The notes under the pieces: generated by a model
The model's input: the letters and a program-made list of their open reading frames with translations, nothing else
Told to the model about the DNA's origin: nothing
Databases searched by the model: none
Translations under genes and position numbers: made by a program
Shown: positions 50,061 to 59,174 of the stretch, one piece after another
Layout: each line of letters opens with the position of its first letter
How positions within the stretch are numbered: position 1 is the first letter of the stretch
Source of the DNA: Dehalococcoidia bacterium
GTDB lineage: Bacteria; Chloroflexota; Dehalococcoidia; Plut-88900
Assembly (NCBI GenBank): GCA_965207225.1
Contig: CBDBLV010000005.1
Coordinates: forward strand, 1,120,001-1,184,000
DNA length: 64,000 bases
Direction of reading: 5' to 3'

Positions 50061-50564
50061 CTAGACTCCCGGGGCTCGGGCGAGGCCATCCCTAGCCTCC
50101 AATAATCCACTTTTATCCAGGGCCTTCAGCCCTTCCATGACATCGTCAACATGCTTCCCGATCCGGAATTCGTGGTGGAAGACGCCCCTGACAACGCCGT
50201 CTCTGTCGATGAGATAGGTCACGCGGGACACCCCGAGTCCGAATCTACGGACGACGCCGTAGAGGCGGACGATTTTCTTGTCGGGGTCGGGGAGAAGGGT
50301 GAAGGGGAGGGAAAAGCAGGCGCGGAACCGCTGGTGACTTTCGGGGCGGTCGGGGCTAATGCCGACCAGGTCTGCTCCGTATCCCTTGATGGCTTCGTAT
50401 GCGTCACGGAAGCCCTGCGCCTGGCGGTTTCAGCCAGCGGTGAAGTTCTTGGGGTAGAAATAGAGTACGGCGGGCCTGCCGGCCCTCCATTCGGAGAACC
50501 GGAACTCCCTGCCGTCGTGGCGGAGGGCGTTGAAATCGGGGGCCAATGCCCCGGGCTTGAGCAT
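50061..50564 (-). CDS. bcp: BCP/PrxQ peroxiredoxin A, probable selenoprotein (UGA at codon 45)
   Basis: MLKPGALAPDF...VLYFYPKNFTAG-UGA-NRQAQGFRD...GISPD...RVTYLID; TGA 50430-50432 at the peroxidatic Cys position. Confidence 0.9.
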
Positions 50565-50739
50565 TCAGTTTTCCGCTTTTGAGAGATATCTGCAATTCTA
50601 CACCACGCCCACGCGGGTCACGGGGGGGTATTGTCCCTCAGGCGCCGGGCTGGCGGGAAGGGGCCTGACTCGGGGGTGGGGTTTGGGGTAGACTCTCCTC
50701 ACGCCCCGATAGGATGAAAACAACGCTGGAGGTGAAGAT

Positions 50740-51573
50740 ATGTTCGTAAGAAGGCTGGAGGACCTGGCCGGTACAGACAAGGAGATGGTCAGGACTGATG
50801 GGAACAGGAGACTGCAATCGAGGCGGTTGGTGACAAAGGCGGACGGCGCAGGATTTTCCATGTCGGACGTCAGGATATCGGAGGGCTGGGTGATCGACCT
50901 TTGGTACAAAAACCACGTTGAGGGGAACCTGGTGGTGAGCGGCGACCTGCACGTGGAGAACCTGGTTAACGGCGACAGCTGGGACCTGGGCGCGGGCGAC
51001 CTGTATGTGGTCGGGCCGAAGGACCGGCACCGGCTGACGGCCAACAGCGACGTCCACTTAGTCAGCGTCTTCAATCCCGCCACGCTGGGTACCGAGACCC
51101 ACGACGCTGATGGTTCCTATCCGCCCACCGGAGAACTCCCCCCCGAGTGGCAGGGAGAGGATGGCCGGACAATGTTCGTGAAGCGGCTGGCGGACACCAA
51201 GGTGGTTGGGATCAGCCACGGGAAGTCGACGGCATACCGGTATCTCAACCAGCCGGAGGGGTGGGGTTTCACCATGTCGACGCCGCGTTCGCCGGCGGGC
51301 AAGGGGATAGTGCTGTGGTACAAGAACCACGTGGAGGCGAACTACATCCTGGAGGGCGAGGGCACGGTGGAAGACCTAACGACGGGGGAGAAGTGGGACC
51401 TGGCCCCGGGCACGATGTATTTTGTCGGGCCGAAGGACAGGCACCAGACGGTTAAGTTCAGCGACACATACCTCCTGAGCGTGTTCAACCCACCCCTGGT
51501 GGGGCATGAGACCCACGACGAAGAGGGGACGTACACGCCGTCGGGGCCAATCCCCGAGGCCTGGAGGCCGTAG
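50740..51573 (+). CDS. Tandem two-domain ectoine synthase (EctC)-like cupin, copy 1
   Basis: Two repeats of WYKNHVE...Y..GPKDRH...VFNP...ETHD..G.Y; GGAGG RBS. Confidence 0.88.
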   Translation: MFVRRLEDLAGTDKEMVRTDGNRRLQSRRLVTKADGAGFSMSDVRISEGWVIDLWYKNHVEGNLVVSGDLHVENLVNGDSWDLGAGDLYVVGPKDRHRLTANSDVHLVSVFNPATLGTETHDADGSYPPTGELPPEWQGEDGRTMFVKRLADTKVVGISHGKSTAYRYLNQPEGWGFTMSTPRSPAGKGIVLWYKNHVEANYILEGEGTVEDLTTGEKWDLAPGTMYFVGPKDRHQTVKFSDTYLLSVFNPPLVGHETHDEEGTYTPSGPIPEAWRP

Positions 51574-51595
51574 AGACCAACCCGGAGGAGGACCC

Positions 51596-52429
51596 ATGTT
51601 CGTTAGAAGAGTCGATGACCTTAACGGGACCGACAAAGAGATGCTGGTGGAAAAGGACGGGGGCAGGCTGCAGGGCAGGCGGCTACTGACCAAGGAAGAC
51701 GGTTGTGGCTTCTCCTTTTCCGATGTGCGTATATCCGCGGGGTTCAGTGCGGACCTGTGGTACAAGAACCACGTGGAGGGGAACCTGCTGGTGTCGGGGG
51801 AGATGGAAGTGACGGAGCATTCGAGCGGCAACAGCTGGCAGTTGAGCGCGGGAGACCTGTACGTGGTCGGGCCGAGGGACCGACATCGGGGGACTGCGAA
51901 GACCGATTGCCACATCATCAGCGTGTTCTCTCCCGCCACGGTGGGCAACGAGAGGCACGATGCCGACGGCTCCTACCCGCCAACCGGGGAGATTCCCCCG
52001 GCCTGGCAGGGGGAGAACGGCCGCACGATGTTTGTGAGGAGGCTGTCCGAGACCCGGGTGGTGGGGATCAGCCACGGTCGGACCAAGGCATACCGCTACC
52101 TGACCCACGACGACGAATGCGGTTTCACTATCTCGACGCCGCGGGCACCTGCAGGCCAGGGGATCGTGCTTTGGTACCAGAACCACGTGGAGGCGAACTA
52201 CGTCTTCGAGGGTGAGGGCACCCTGGAGGAGAAGAACACGGGCAAAAAGTGGGACGTTGGGCCGGGTACACTGTACGTGGTCGGGCCGAAGGACCCACAC
52301 CAGCTGACCTCGAACACGGGATTCTACGTGATGAGCGTATTCAACCCGCCGCTCTACGGCGGAGAGACGCACGACGACCAGGGCGCTTATCCGCCCACGG
52401 GGCCTATTCCGGAGGCCTGGCGCCCGTAG
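51596..52429 (+). CDS. Tandem two-domain EctC-like cupin, copy 2
   Basis: Same 277-aa architecture; GGAGGAGG RBS. Confidence 0.88.
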   Translation: MFVRRVDDLNGTDKEMLVEKDGGRLQGRRLLTKEDGCGFSFSDVRISAGFSADLWYKNHVEGNLLVSGEMEVTEHSSGNSWQLSAGDLYVVGPRDRHRGTAKTDCHIISVFSPATVGNERHDADGSYPPTGEIPPAWQGENGRTMFVRRLSETRVVGISHGRTKAYRYLTHDDECGFTISTPRAPAGQGIVLWYQNHVEANYVFEGEGTLEEKNTGKKWDVGPGTLYVVGPKDPHQLTSNTGFYVMSVFNPPLYGGETHDDQGAYPPTGPIPEAWRP

Positions 52430-52517
52430 CTCAACAGCACACAGTCGATGAGATAGCGTGGCTGCTCATACTTGGCTCTATCGGGTATGAGCGGCCTCTT
52501 CATTTGCAGGTGGAATC

Positions 52518-53462
52518 ATGTTCGTAAGGACGCACGAGGATATCGCAGGGACCGAGAACGAGATGGTGCGGAGGGACGGGGACAAGTCACTGCGGTCTTT
52601 GAGGATGTTGACCAAGGCCGACGGTTGCGGCTTTTCGCTGTCGGATGCGTACTTTTCGGCGGGCTTCTCCCTTGACCTGTGGTACAAGAACCACGTGGAG
52701 GCCAACTTCATATTGAGCGGGGTGGTGCAATTGGACGATGTGACCTCGGGCGGGAGCTGGAACCTGGAAGGAGGGTCTCTGTACATGGTCGGGCCGAGGG
52801 ACAAGCACCGGCTGACTGCGAAAAGCGACGTACACCTGGTCAGCGTGTTCTGTCCGGCCGTGCTGGGAAACGAAAGACACGACGCGGACGGGGCCTTCCC
52901 CCCGACGGGCGACATCCCCCCGGCATGGCAAGGCCCCGACGGCCATACCATGTACGTCAGGACGCGGGATGAGGCACGGGAGGTGGGCATCAAGCACGTA
53001 GGGACGGAGGCGCGGCGATACCTCACGCAGTCTGACGGGTGCGGGTTCACCATATCCACGGCACGGCCGCCAGCCAAGTCGGGGGCCGACTTGTGGTACC
53101 GGAACCACGTGGAGGCGAACTACATCATAGAGGGCGAGGGGTCGGTGGAAGACTTGAACACGGGAGAGAAGTGGGACCTGGCGGCGGGGAGCCTGTACGT
53201 GGTCGGGCCGAGGGACCGGCACCGGATGAGTGCGCATAGCGAGGTCTATCTGATGGCGGTGTTCAACCCTCCGCTGGTGGGGGATGAGACGCATGACGAG
53301 CAGGGAGGTTATCCGCCCACCGGGGTGGTGCCGGAGGGGTGGGGGGTTGTAAGGGCTATGCAGAAACCACCTGAACTGTTAAGGACGAAACACGGGGACG
53401 CTACCCTTTGTGGTCTCTATCACTCCCTGACGTCGATAATCTCAAATTCGGCGAGCGGATAA
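52518..53462 (+). CDS. Tandem two-domain EctC-like cupin, copy 3 (probable true stop near 53352)
   Basis: Same architecture; one extra G in a G6 run shifts the final codons. Confidence 0.85.
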   Translation: MFVRTHEDIAGTENEMVRRDGDKSLRSLRMLTKADGCGFSLSDAYFSAGFSLDLWYKNHVEANFILSGVVQLDDVTSGGSWNLEGGSLYMVGPRDKHRLTAKSDVHLVSVFCPAVLGNERHDADGAFPPTGDIPPAWQGPDGHTMYVRTRDEAREVGIKHVGTEARRYLTQSDGCGFTISTARPPAKSGADLWYRNHVEANYIIEGEGSVEDLNTGEKWDLAAGSLYVVGPRDRHRMSAHSEVYLMAVFNPPLVGDETHDEQGGYPPTGVVPEGWGVVRAMQKPPELLRTKHGDATLCGLYHSLTSIISNSASG

Positions 53463-54994
53463 ATTTCGGGGTTCTGTGTTCTCGTAACTCCGATACCTCC
53501 GGCAATCAACACCCGCCCGTCGGACAAGACGGTTGCAGAGTGGTTCACTCGCGGTTTGGACAATTCCGGGCCCAGAGACCAAAGACCTGTAGCGGGATCA
53601 AAGATTTCGGTAAATGAGACAAAAGTCTGCTCTTCTGTAGACGAGGTCTGGATGTCCGAAGATTCCCACGGAAGCTCCACTCTGGCTCCTCCAGCAGCGA
53701 GCACTCGTCCGTCGGGCAGTAGAGACAGGGTAGCCGAGGCTCGCGGGTGAACCATCAGTCCCGCGGGGACCCATAGGTCGGTGCTGGGATCAAATACTTT
53801 AGCTCCAAAAAACCGGGCCTTGAAATCCGCCTCGGATATGCGGGCCCCGTCCGGGAGTTGGACGGATAGTATTTCGGTATCGTCATATTCGATGACTAGG
53901 TGAGTACCGTCAGGGAGCCGAAGAGTGTCGACTCCAGGGGAGCGTTCTACAGGAGTCGCATTATCGATTGCAATGTAATCGCCGGTTACCAACAACCTCT
54001 CATCGGCGAGTTCAACACCGTCTAAGTACACAAAGTAAGGATCAATACTTTCCAATGCGCTCCATTGGTCAGAGTCTGGATCGTAAACCTCTGCATGAAG
54101 AACAGTCGAGTCATAATCCAAAAGCACCGTTCCGATGGCCAGAACCCGACCATCTTCCAGTAAGAAAAGGTTCTGTTCTTCCATCGTCTCCTGTGTAGAT
54201 GCCGCTCGTGTCCAAGTTCCGGTTGAAGGATCGAAAATCTCTGAGGAATTCAGTTTATCGGGATTGGAGAAATATGCGATGTCGTCTGGGGTTACAGCCA
54301 AGCCAGCAGTCATGAAGACGCGTCCATCCTGAAGAAGAAGCAGATTAGGGAGAGCTCGGAGGGCAGAAGGGGGTGGCGCTGCAACCCAGGAATCCGAGTT
54401 TGCGTCGAACAGAGCGGCCATAGGAACAAACTCGCCGTCTTCATGAACTCTTACACCGACCATGAGAACTCTATTATCGGCTAACTCCACCAAGGAATAG
54501 AACGCTCCTGGGCCTTCGATAGGCTCCAATACAGTCCATTCTTCAGTGGAAGGGTCATAAATCTGGATGGGTCCAACCACAGCGTGAATGATCACGTTAT
54601 TGTTGGCTACCAGGCCGGTAATGCCGCCAGCTACTAGGACTCGGCCGTCTTCCAACGCAATCCCAGAATGTTGGAAGACTGGGGCGAACATGTGCGGGCC
54701 TGTAGTTTCCAGCCCCTGAATAGAGAGTGGCGTTGGGGCGGGGCGGGTGCCAGGTACTCCAGTAATGGTCGCGGTAGGGGCAGGTACGCTTGAGGCTGTA
54801 GGAGCAGGCGTTGGGGCACCCAGCAATTCGGGGCTGAGAGATGGGGAAACCGAGGTTGGGGAAGACGGCAATAGCGGGCTAGGGGACGGGGAAACAGGTG
54901 TAGGGGAAGGACCGAAAGACGATGGGTCTTCTATACAGCCTTGGGCTAGAGCCAAGGATAGCAGAAGGCAAAGGACCAGAAACCAGAGTTTCAT
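53420..54994 (-). CDS. Kelch-repeat lipoprotein
   Basis: Signal peptide ending AQGC, Pro/Ser linker, repeated L.DGRVL..GG...E.FDP..G.W units; lower GC. Confidence 0.88.
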   Translation of the reverse strand: MKLWFLVLCLLLSLALAQGCIEDPSSFGPSPTPVSPSPSPLLPSSPTSVSPSLSPELLGAPTPAPTASSVPAPTATITGVPGTRPAPTPLSIQGLETTGPHMFAPVFQHSGIALEDGRVLVAGGITGLVANNNVIIHAVVGPIQIYDPSTEEWTVLEPIEGPGAFYSLVELADNRVLMVGVRVHEDGEFVPMAALFDANSDSWVAAPPPSALRALPNLLLLQDGRVFMTAGLAVTPDDIAYFSNPDKLNSSEIFDPSTGTWTRAASTQETMEEQNLFLLEDGRVLAIGTVLLDYDSTVLHAEVYDPDSDQWSALESIDPYFVYLDGVELADERLLVTGDYIAIDNATPVERSPGVDTLRLPDGTHLVIEYDDTEILSVQLPDGARISEADFKARFFGAKVFDPSTDLWVPAGLMVHPRASATLSLLPDGRVLAAGGARVELPWESSDIQTSSTEEQTFVSFTEIFDPATGLWSLGPELSKPRVNHSATVLSDGRVLIAGGIGVTRTQNPEIYPLAEFEIIDVRE

Positions 54995-55045
54995 ATTGAA
55001 GAGGCCGTCAACAAACGGTTTTGACCTATCCGAGGTCTGGACACC

Positions 55046-56179
55046 CTAGTTCAGCCCGTACAGCGTCGCTGCATTCTCGCCAACTATCTTGACGGTTTCG
55101 TGCTGGGGGATGTCGTGGAAGTCCTTGGCGATCTGTTGCCGGGAGAAGGGGAATACGCCCTCGGGGTGGGGGTAGTCGGAGCCCCACATCAGCCTGTCCA
55201 CGTCGAGGAGCTCGCGGGTTAGAAGGCCGGCTCGGTCATCTTCGAACGTGGCCCAGAACTGTCGGAAGAAGTAGCTGCTGGGCGGCTCTTCCAGCTTGGG
55301 CTCCATCCAGTGGCGGTGATCCTCCCACCAGTGGTCGTTGAGGCGCAGGACGCTCGGGATCCAGCCGATACCGCCTTCGGCCATAACGAATTTCAGGCCG
55401 GGGAAGGCCTGGGGGACGCCGGAAAGAATGAGGTCGGTGAGGCCACGGGCCACGGCGCATATCTTCTGCTCAATAACTGCGACGCCGACGCCCATACTGC
55501 GGTACTTGTCGGCGCTAACGGACTTTGTGCTTGAACCGACGTGAAACCCCAAGGGCAGGCCGACATCCTGTAGGGCACCCCAGAGCCGGTCGCCACCTTC
55601 CATGTTGACGTATCCACCTTCAATTTCCAGGGGAAGCATTACGGATTTCAGCCCCAACCTAGCGCACCTCTCAACCTCGGCGATCTTGCTTTCGGTGGAG
55701 CCGCGCATGGGCAGGATGCCGACGCCCATGAGGCGGTCGGGTGAGGAGGCGCTGAACTCGGCGATCCAGTCGTTGTAGACGCGGACGATTTCGATGTGGA
55801 GGTCGGCGTCGGAGGCGTTGTAACACCAGAGACCGAAGACGCCGGGGTACATGATCTCGGCGCGGATGCCGTCCAGGTCCTGGTCCTTGAGGCGCTCGAC
55901 GGGGTCCCAGGCGCCGGGTCGGGTGTCCTCATAGCGGAGGCCGGCCATGTGGATCTCTTTGCCCTCGGCCTTGTCGGTGGCAGCGGTGCCCTCGCCTGAG
56001 AGTCCGATGGCGAACTCGCCGAAACCCTCCATCACGTAGAAGTCGCCTGAGTCCCGGGACTCGATGTGGGGGGCCTTGGCGGCCATCTTGCTGTCCATTC
56101 GAGACGTGAACAGGTCCCTGGGCTCCACAATGTGTCCGTCAGCGGAAACATAGCCTCCGGAAAGGGTGGTCGTTGACAT
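55046..56179 (-). CDS. Amidohydrolase (Amidohydro_2) family protein
   Basis: SADGHIVEP, FH, EGGIGW and WGSDYPH motifs. Confidence 0.92.
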   Translation of the reverse strand: MSTTTLSGGYVSADGHIVEPRDLFTSRMDSKMAAKAPHIESRDSGDFYVMEGFGEFAIGLSGEGTAATDKAEGKEIHMAGLRYEDTRPGAWDPVERLKDQDLDGIRAEIMYPGVFGLWCYNASDADLHIEIVRVYNDWIAEFSASSPDRLMGVGILPMRGSTESKIAEVERCARLGLKSVMLPLEIEGGYVNMEGGDRLWGALQDVGLPLGFHVGSSTKSVSADKYRSMGVGVAVIEQKICAVARGLTDLILSGVPQAFPGLKFVMAEGGIGWIPSVLRLNDHWWEDHRHWMEPKLEEPPSSYFFRQFWATFEDDRAGLLTRELLDVDRLMWGSDYPHPEGVFPFSRQQIAKDFHDIPQHETVKIVGENAATLYGLN

Positions 56180-56290
56180 GGCATCCCTCCTCGCTCCGTC
56201 CGACCAACAAGGGGCTGAGACTGTCGCCCGTGTGCTAACATTCCCCTCGGAATCCCGAAAGGGAAATAGGCGGCATCGGAGTCATTATAC

Positions 56291-57247
56291 ATGGGCAAAT
56301 CTGAAGACCGGCTGATGCCCGAGGCCTGGCAGGACGGGCCCCGGTACGGCAGCCCCAGCACCTTTATGCAAGTACCCGGCACGCGGGACCTGTCCAGGGC
56401 CGACGTGGCGGTGGTCGGGCTACCGCTGGACCTGGGAACGATAATTCGGTCGGGGGCGAGGTTCGGGCCGAGAGGGATACGGACGGCGTCGATGCACGTC
56501 GGGCTGCACGGTTTGGACGAAGCGGAACTTCGGGAGCCTTTCAAGAGCCTCCGGATTGTCGATTACGGCGATATCGAGCTGACCTACGGGTACATAGAGG
56601 AGGCGGTGAATAGGATAGAAAACGCGGTTTCGGAGATAATCTCGCATGACGTGTTCCCGGTGTGTCTCGGGGGCGACCATACGGTGTCGCTGCCCATACT
56701 GCGGGCGCTGTACAAGAAGCACGGGAAGATATCGCTGGTGCACTTCGACGCCCACCCCGACTTCTGGGAGCCGTCCAAGGACATGCCCCTCCATCATGGC
56801 ACCATGTTCCGGATCGCCTCGGACGAAGGGATCATGGATCCAAAGACGTCGGTGCAGGTGGGGATAAGGGGTCGGCCGGCCATGGGGATATTGGACAACG
56901 TAAGAGAGGCGGGCATCACGGTGATCACCGGCGAGGAGTTCTGGCACACCGGGGTTGATGCGACCATCGAGAAGATTAAGGAAGCCACGAAGAGTCGGCC
57001 GGTGCACATTTCGTACGACATCGACAGCGTTGACCCGGGTTTTGCGCCGGGAACCGGTACGCCGGAGGTTGCGGGACTGACGAGTCGGGAGGCGATGGCG
57101 TTGGTGAAGGGGCTGAAGGGAATCGGGACGGTGGGGTTCGATATTGTTGAGGTTGCCCCAGCCTACGACACGTCGGAGATAACCGCTCTGCTGGCGGCAA
57201 ACCTAACATTGCAGTTCATGCTGACCCTGGTCCCGGACAAAGAGTAG
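56291..57247 (+). CDS. Agmatinase / ureohydrolase family protein
   Basis: GGDH, DAHPD, DIDSVD and PGTGTP Mn-binding motifs; exact substrate uncertain. Confidence 0.92.
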   Translation: MGKSEDRLMPEAWQDGPRYGSPSTFMQVPGTRDLSRADVAVVGLPLDLGTIIRSGARFGPRGIRTASMHVGLHGLDEAELREPFKSLRIVDYGDIELTYGYIEEAVNRIENAVSEIISHDVFPVCLGGDHTVSLPILRALYKKHGKISLVHFDAHPDFWEPSKDMPLHHGTMFRIASDEGIMDPKTSVQVGIRGRPAMGILDNVREAGITVITGEEFWHTGVDATIEKIKEATKSRPVHISYDIDSVDPGFAPGTGTPEVAGLTSREAMALVKGLKGIGTVGFDIVEVAPAYDTSEITALLAANLTLQFMLTLVPDKE

Positions 57248-57265
57248 CCCGAGGGCCGGGGCAGG

Positions 57266-57637
57266 ATGGCTTCAAAGAGGACTTTTGAAGACTGGCTGGA
57301 GGGGGTGGAGCCCAGGCTGAGGCCAATGGCCCTGGGGCTGAGGCGGATGTTCCTGGATGCTGAGCCGGGGTTGGGGGAGTCGATCAAGTGGGGCAACCCC
57401 TGCTTTGAGAAGAAGCTGAGGGTGTTCTACCTGGCTTCGCAGGGGGACAGGTATATTACGCTGGGTTTGTGGCAAGGGGCACTTCTTCCGAACTCGGAGG
57501 GGCTGATCGAGGGGACGGGGAAGAGGATGAGGCACGTCAAGATCAGGACTGCAGAGGAGTTGGAGAACCCGGAGGTGGGGCGGATAATCCGGGAGGCGGT
57601 GGAAATAGACGGGACGGAGGGTACGAGTAACCGGTAG
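57266..57637 (+). CDS. DUF1801 (YdhG-like) protein
   Basis: E.IKWG.P and EGTGK.MRHVKI motifs. Confidence 0.88.
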   Translation: MASKRTFEDWLEGVEPRLRPMALGLRRMFLDAEPGLGESIKWGNPCFEKKLRVFYLASQGDRYITLGLWQGALLPNSEGLIEGTGKRMRHVKIRTAEELENPEVGRIIREAVEIDGTEGTSNR

Positions 57638-57898
57638 GGTGCGCCCCCACCCTGTTCGGCTCTTGACCCCCCCTTCGAGAGCCTCAGGACATGTTCGACT
57701 CTGCTCAGGGCGAGGGGAACCCCCACCCCAAGTTCACGCCTCAGGCGCATCTTCGACCTCGCTGGACATCGAAATGGCATAGGGAGAGGCAACGTTTATC
57801 TTGTTTATAGTTGGGGGGAGAGACTATACTCGCGGCGGCCTTGGGGAGAGGTACCAGGGTCTTTCTGATTATGAATTCACCCGTCTCGGGAGGTAGCA

Positions 57899-59149
57899 AT
57901 GGTTGACCATGCCGTCGAGGAGCGCGTCCTGCGCCAGATCAAGACCGAGCAGACCGTCAAGCTGGCCAGCGACCTAATCTCCATACCCAGCTTCAAGACC
58001 GAGGAGCAGAAGGTCGCACGGTTCCTGGCTCGATTCTTCCAGCGCCGCGGCTACGAGGTTGATCTACAAGAAGTCGAGCCGGGCCGGTACCAGACGATCG
58101 CGACGCTGAAGGGGTCGGGTGGGGGTAAGAGCCTGATGCTGAACGGGCACATAGACATCGACCCCTTGGCCATGGGCTGGGTGCGGGAGCCGTTCACGCC
58201 CAGCTGGGAAGGCGACCGGCTGTACGGGGCGGGCGTCAACAACATGAAGGGCGGCGTAACCGCAATCATCACTGCCGCCGAAGCGATTCGGAAGGCCAAG
58301 GCCCCGATGAAGGGCGACCTTGTCGTGGCGTGCGTGGTTGGCGAGCTACAGGGGGGTGTCGGGACAGTCTACGCGTTGAAAAACGGTATGAGGACGGATG
58401 GGGCGTACGTGGCTGAACCCACGGGCGACGGGGACAACATTATGACGACCCATGCAGGCGTGGTTGAACTGGCGATCAGCACGATTGGGCTGTCACAGCA
58501 CGTGAGTCGGTCTCACCTGGCCGTGGATGCGCTGGAGATGATGACAAAGGCTATCCCAGCAATCAAGAACGTGGACTTCACATACGAACACAGGCCCGAC
58601 CTGCCAGACCTGCCGCGAATCATTTGCGGGACGATTATCGGGGGTCGGGGGAGGAACCACGACCTGAAGGGGCCAAATTTCACCTGCGACTACTGTACGG
58701 TGATAGTCGATGCCCGGATAGTCCCCGGGCAGTCCCACGTCACGGTGAAGGCCGACCTGGACAGGGTGATGAGCAAATTCAAGGAAGAGGACCCGAACTT
58801 CGAATACGAGATCGTTACGCCCGTGCCACCCGAGTACAAGGTAATGACCGAGTTCATGAACCCGCTGGACGTTCCGAAGGACAACGTGATAGTGCAGAAC
58901 CTGGAGAAGGCATACACGAGGGTGTCGGGGCGGGCGCCGGATAAGGTCGGGGCTATTCTGACGCAGTCATACGCAGGCAACGACAGCTGCCACATCTGGG
59001 AGGCGGGGATACCGGTGTGTCTGATGGGGGCGGAGAACGGTCGGGACCAGAAGGGCGAACCCGACTCCTACGTCATAGTGCCGAGCATGGTGCAGTTGGC
59101 GAAGACGTACGCGATGGCGGCGCTGGACTGGTGCAACCAGGAGAAGTAG
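57899..59149 (+). CDS. M20 family (ArgE/DapE-like) hydrolase, copy 1
   Basis: LNGHID, NMKGG, VVGELQGG and AEP motifs. Confidence 0.9.
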   Translation: MVDHAVEERVLRQIKTEQTVKLASDLISIPSFKTEEQKVARFLARFFQRRGYEVDLQEVEPGRYQTIATLKGSGGGKSLMLNGHIDIDPLAMGWVREPFTPSWEGDRLYGAGVNNMKGGVTAIITAAEAIRKAKAPMKGDLVVACVVGELQGGVGTVYALKNGMRTDGAYVAEPTGDGDNIMTTHAGVVELAISTIGLSQHVSRSHLAVDALEMMTKAIPAIKNVDFTYEHRPDLPDLPRIICGTIIGGRGRNHDLKGPNFTCDYCTVIVDARIVPGQSHVTVKADLDRVMSKFKEEDPNFEYEIVTPVPPEYKVMTEFMNPLDVPKDNVIVQNLEKAYTRVSGRAPDKVGAILTQSYAGNDSCHIWEAGIPVCLMGAENGRDQKGEPDSYVIVPSMVQLAKTYAMAALDWCNQEK

Positions 59150-59174
59150 GACGAGGTACAGAAGAGGCAATTCG

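Noticed and set aside
49534-50564. Calling the two peroxiredoxins nonsense pseudogenes, or accepting the plus-strand ORFs 49813..49995 and 50151..50582
   Set aside because: Both stops are TGA at the catalytic codon with intact downstream frames; the plus-strand ORFs are antisense shadows.
50740-53462. Labelling these genes ectC for ectoine biosynthesis
   Set aside because: Double-domain architecture, altered pocket residues and no ectA/ectB in the window; gene symbol withheld.
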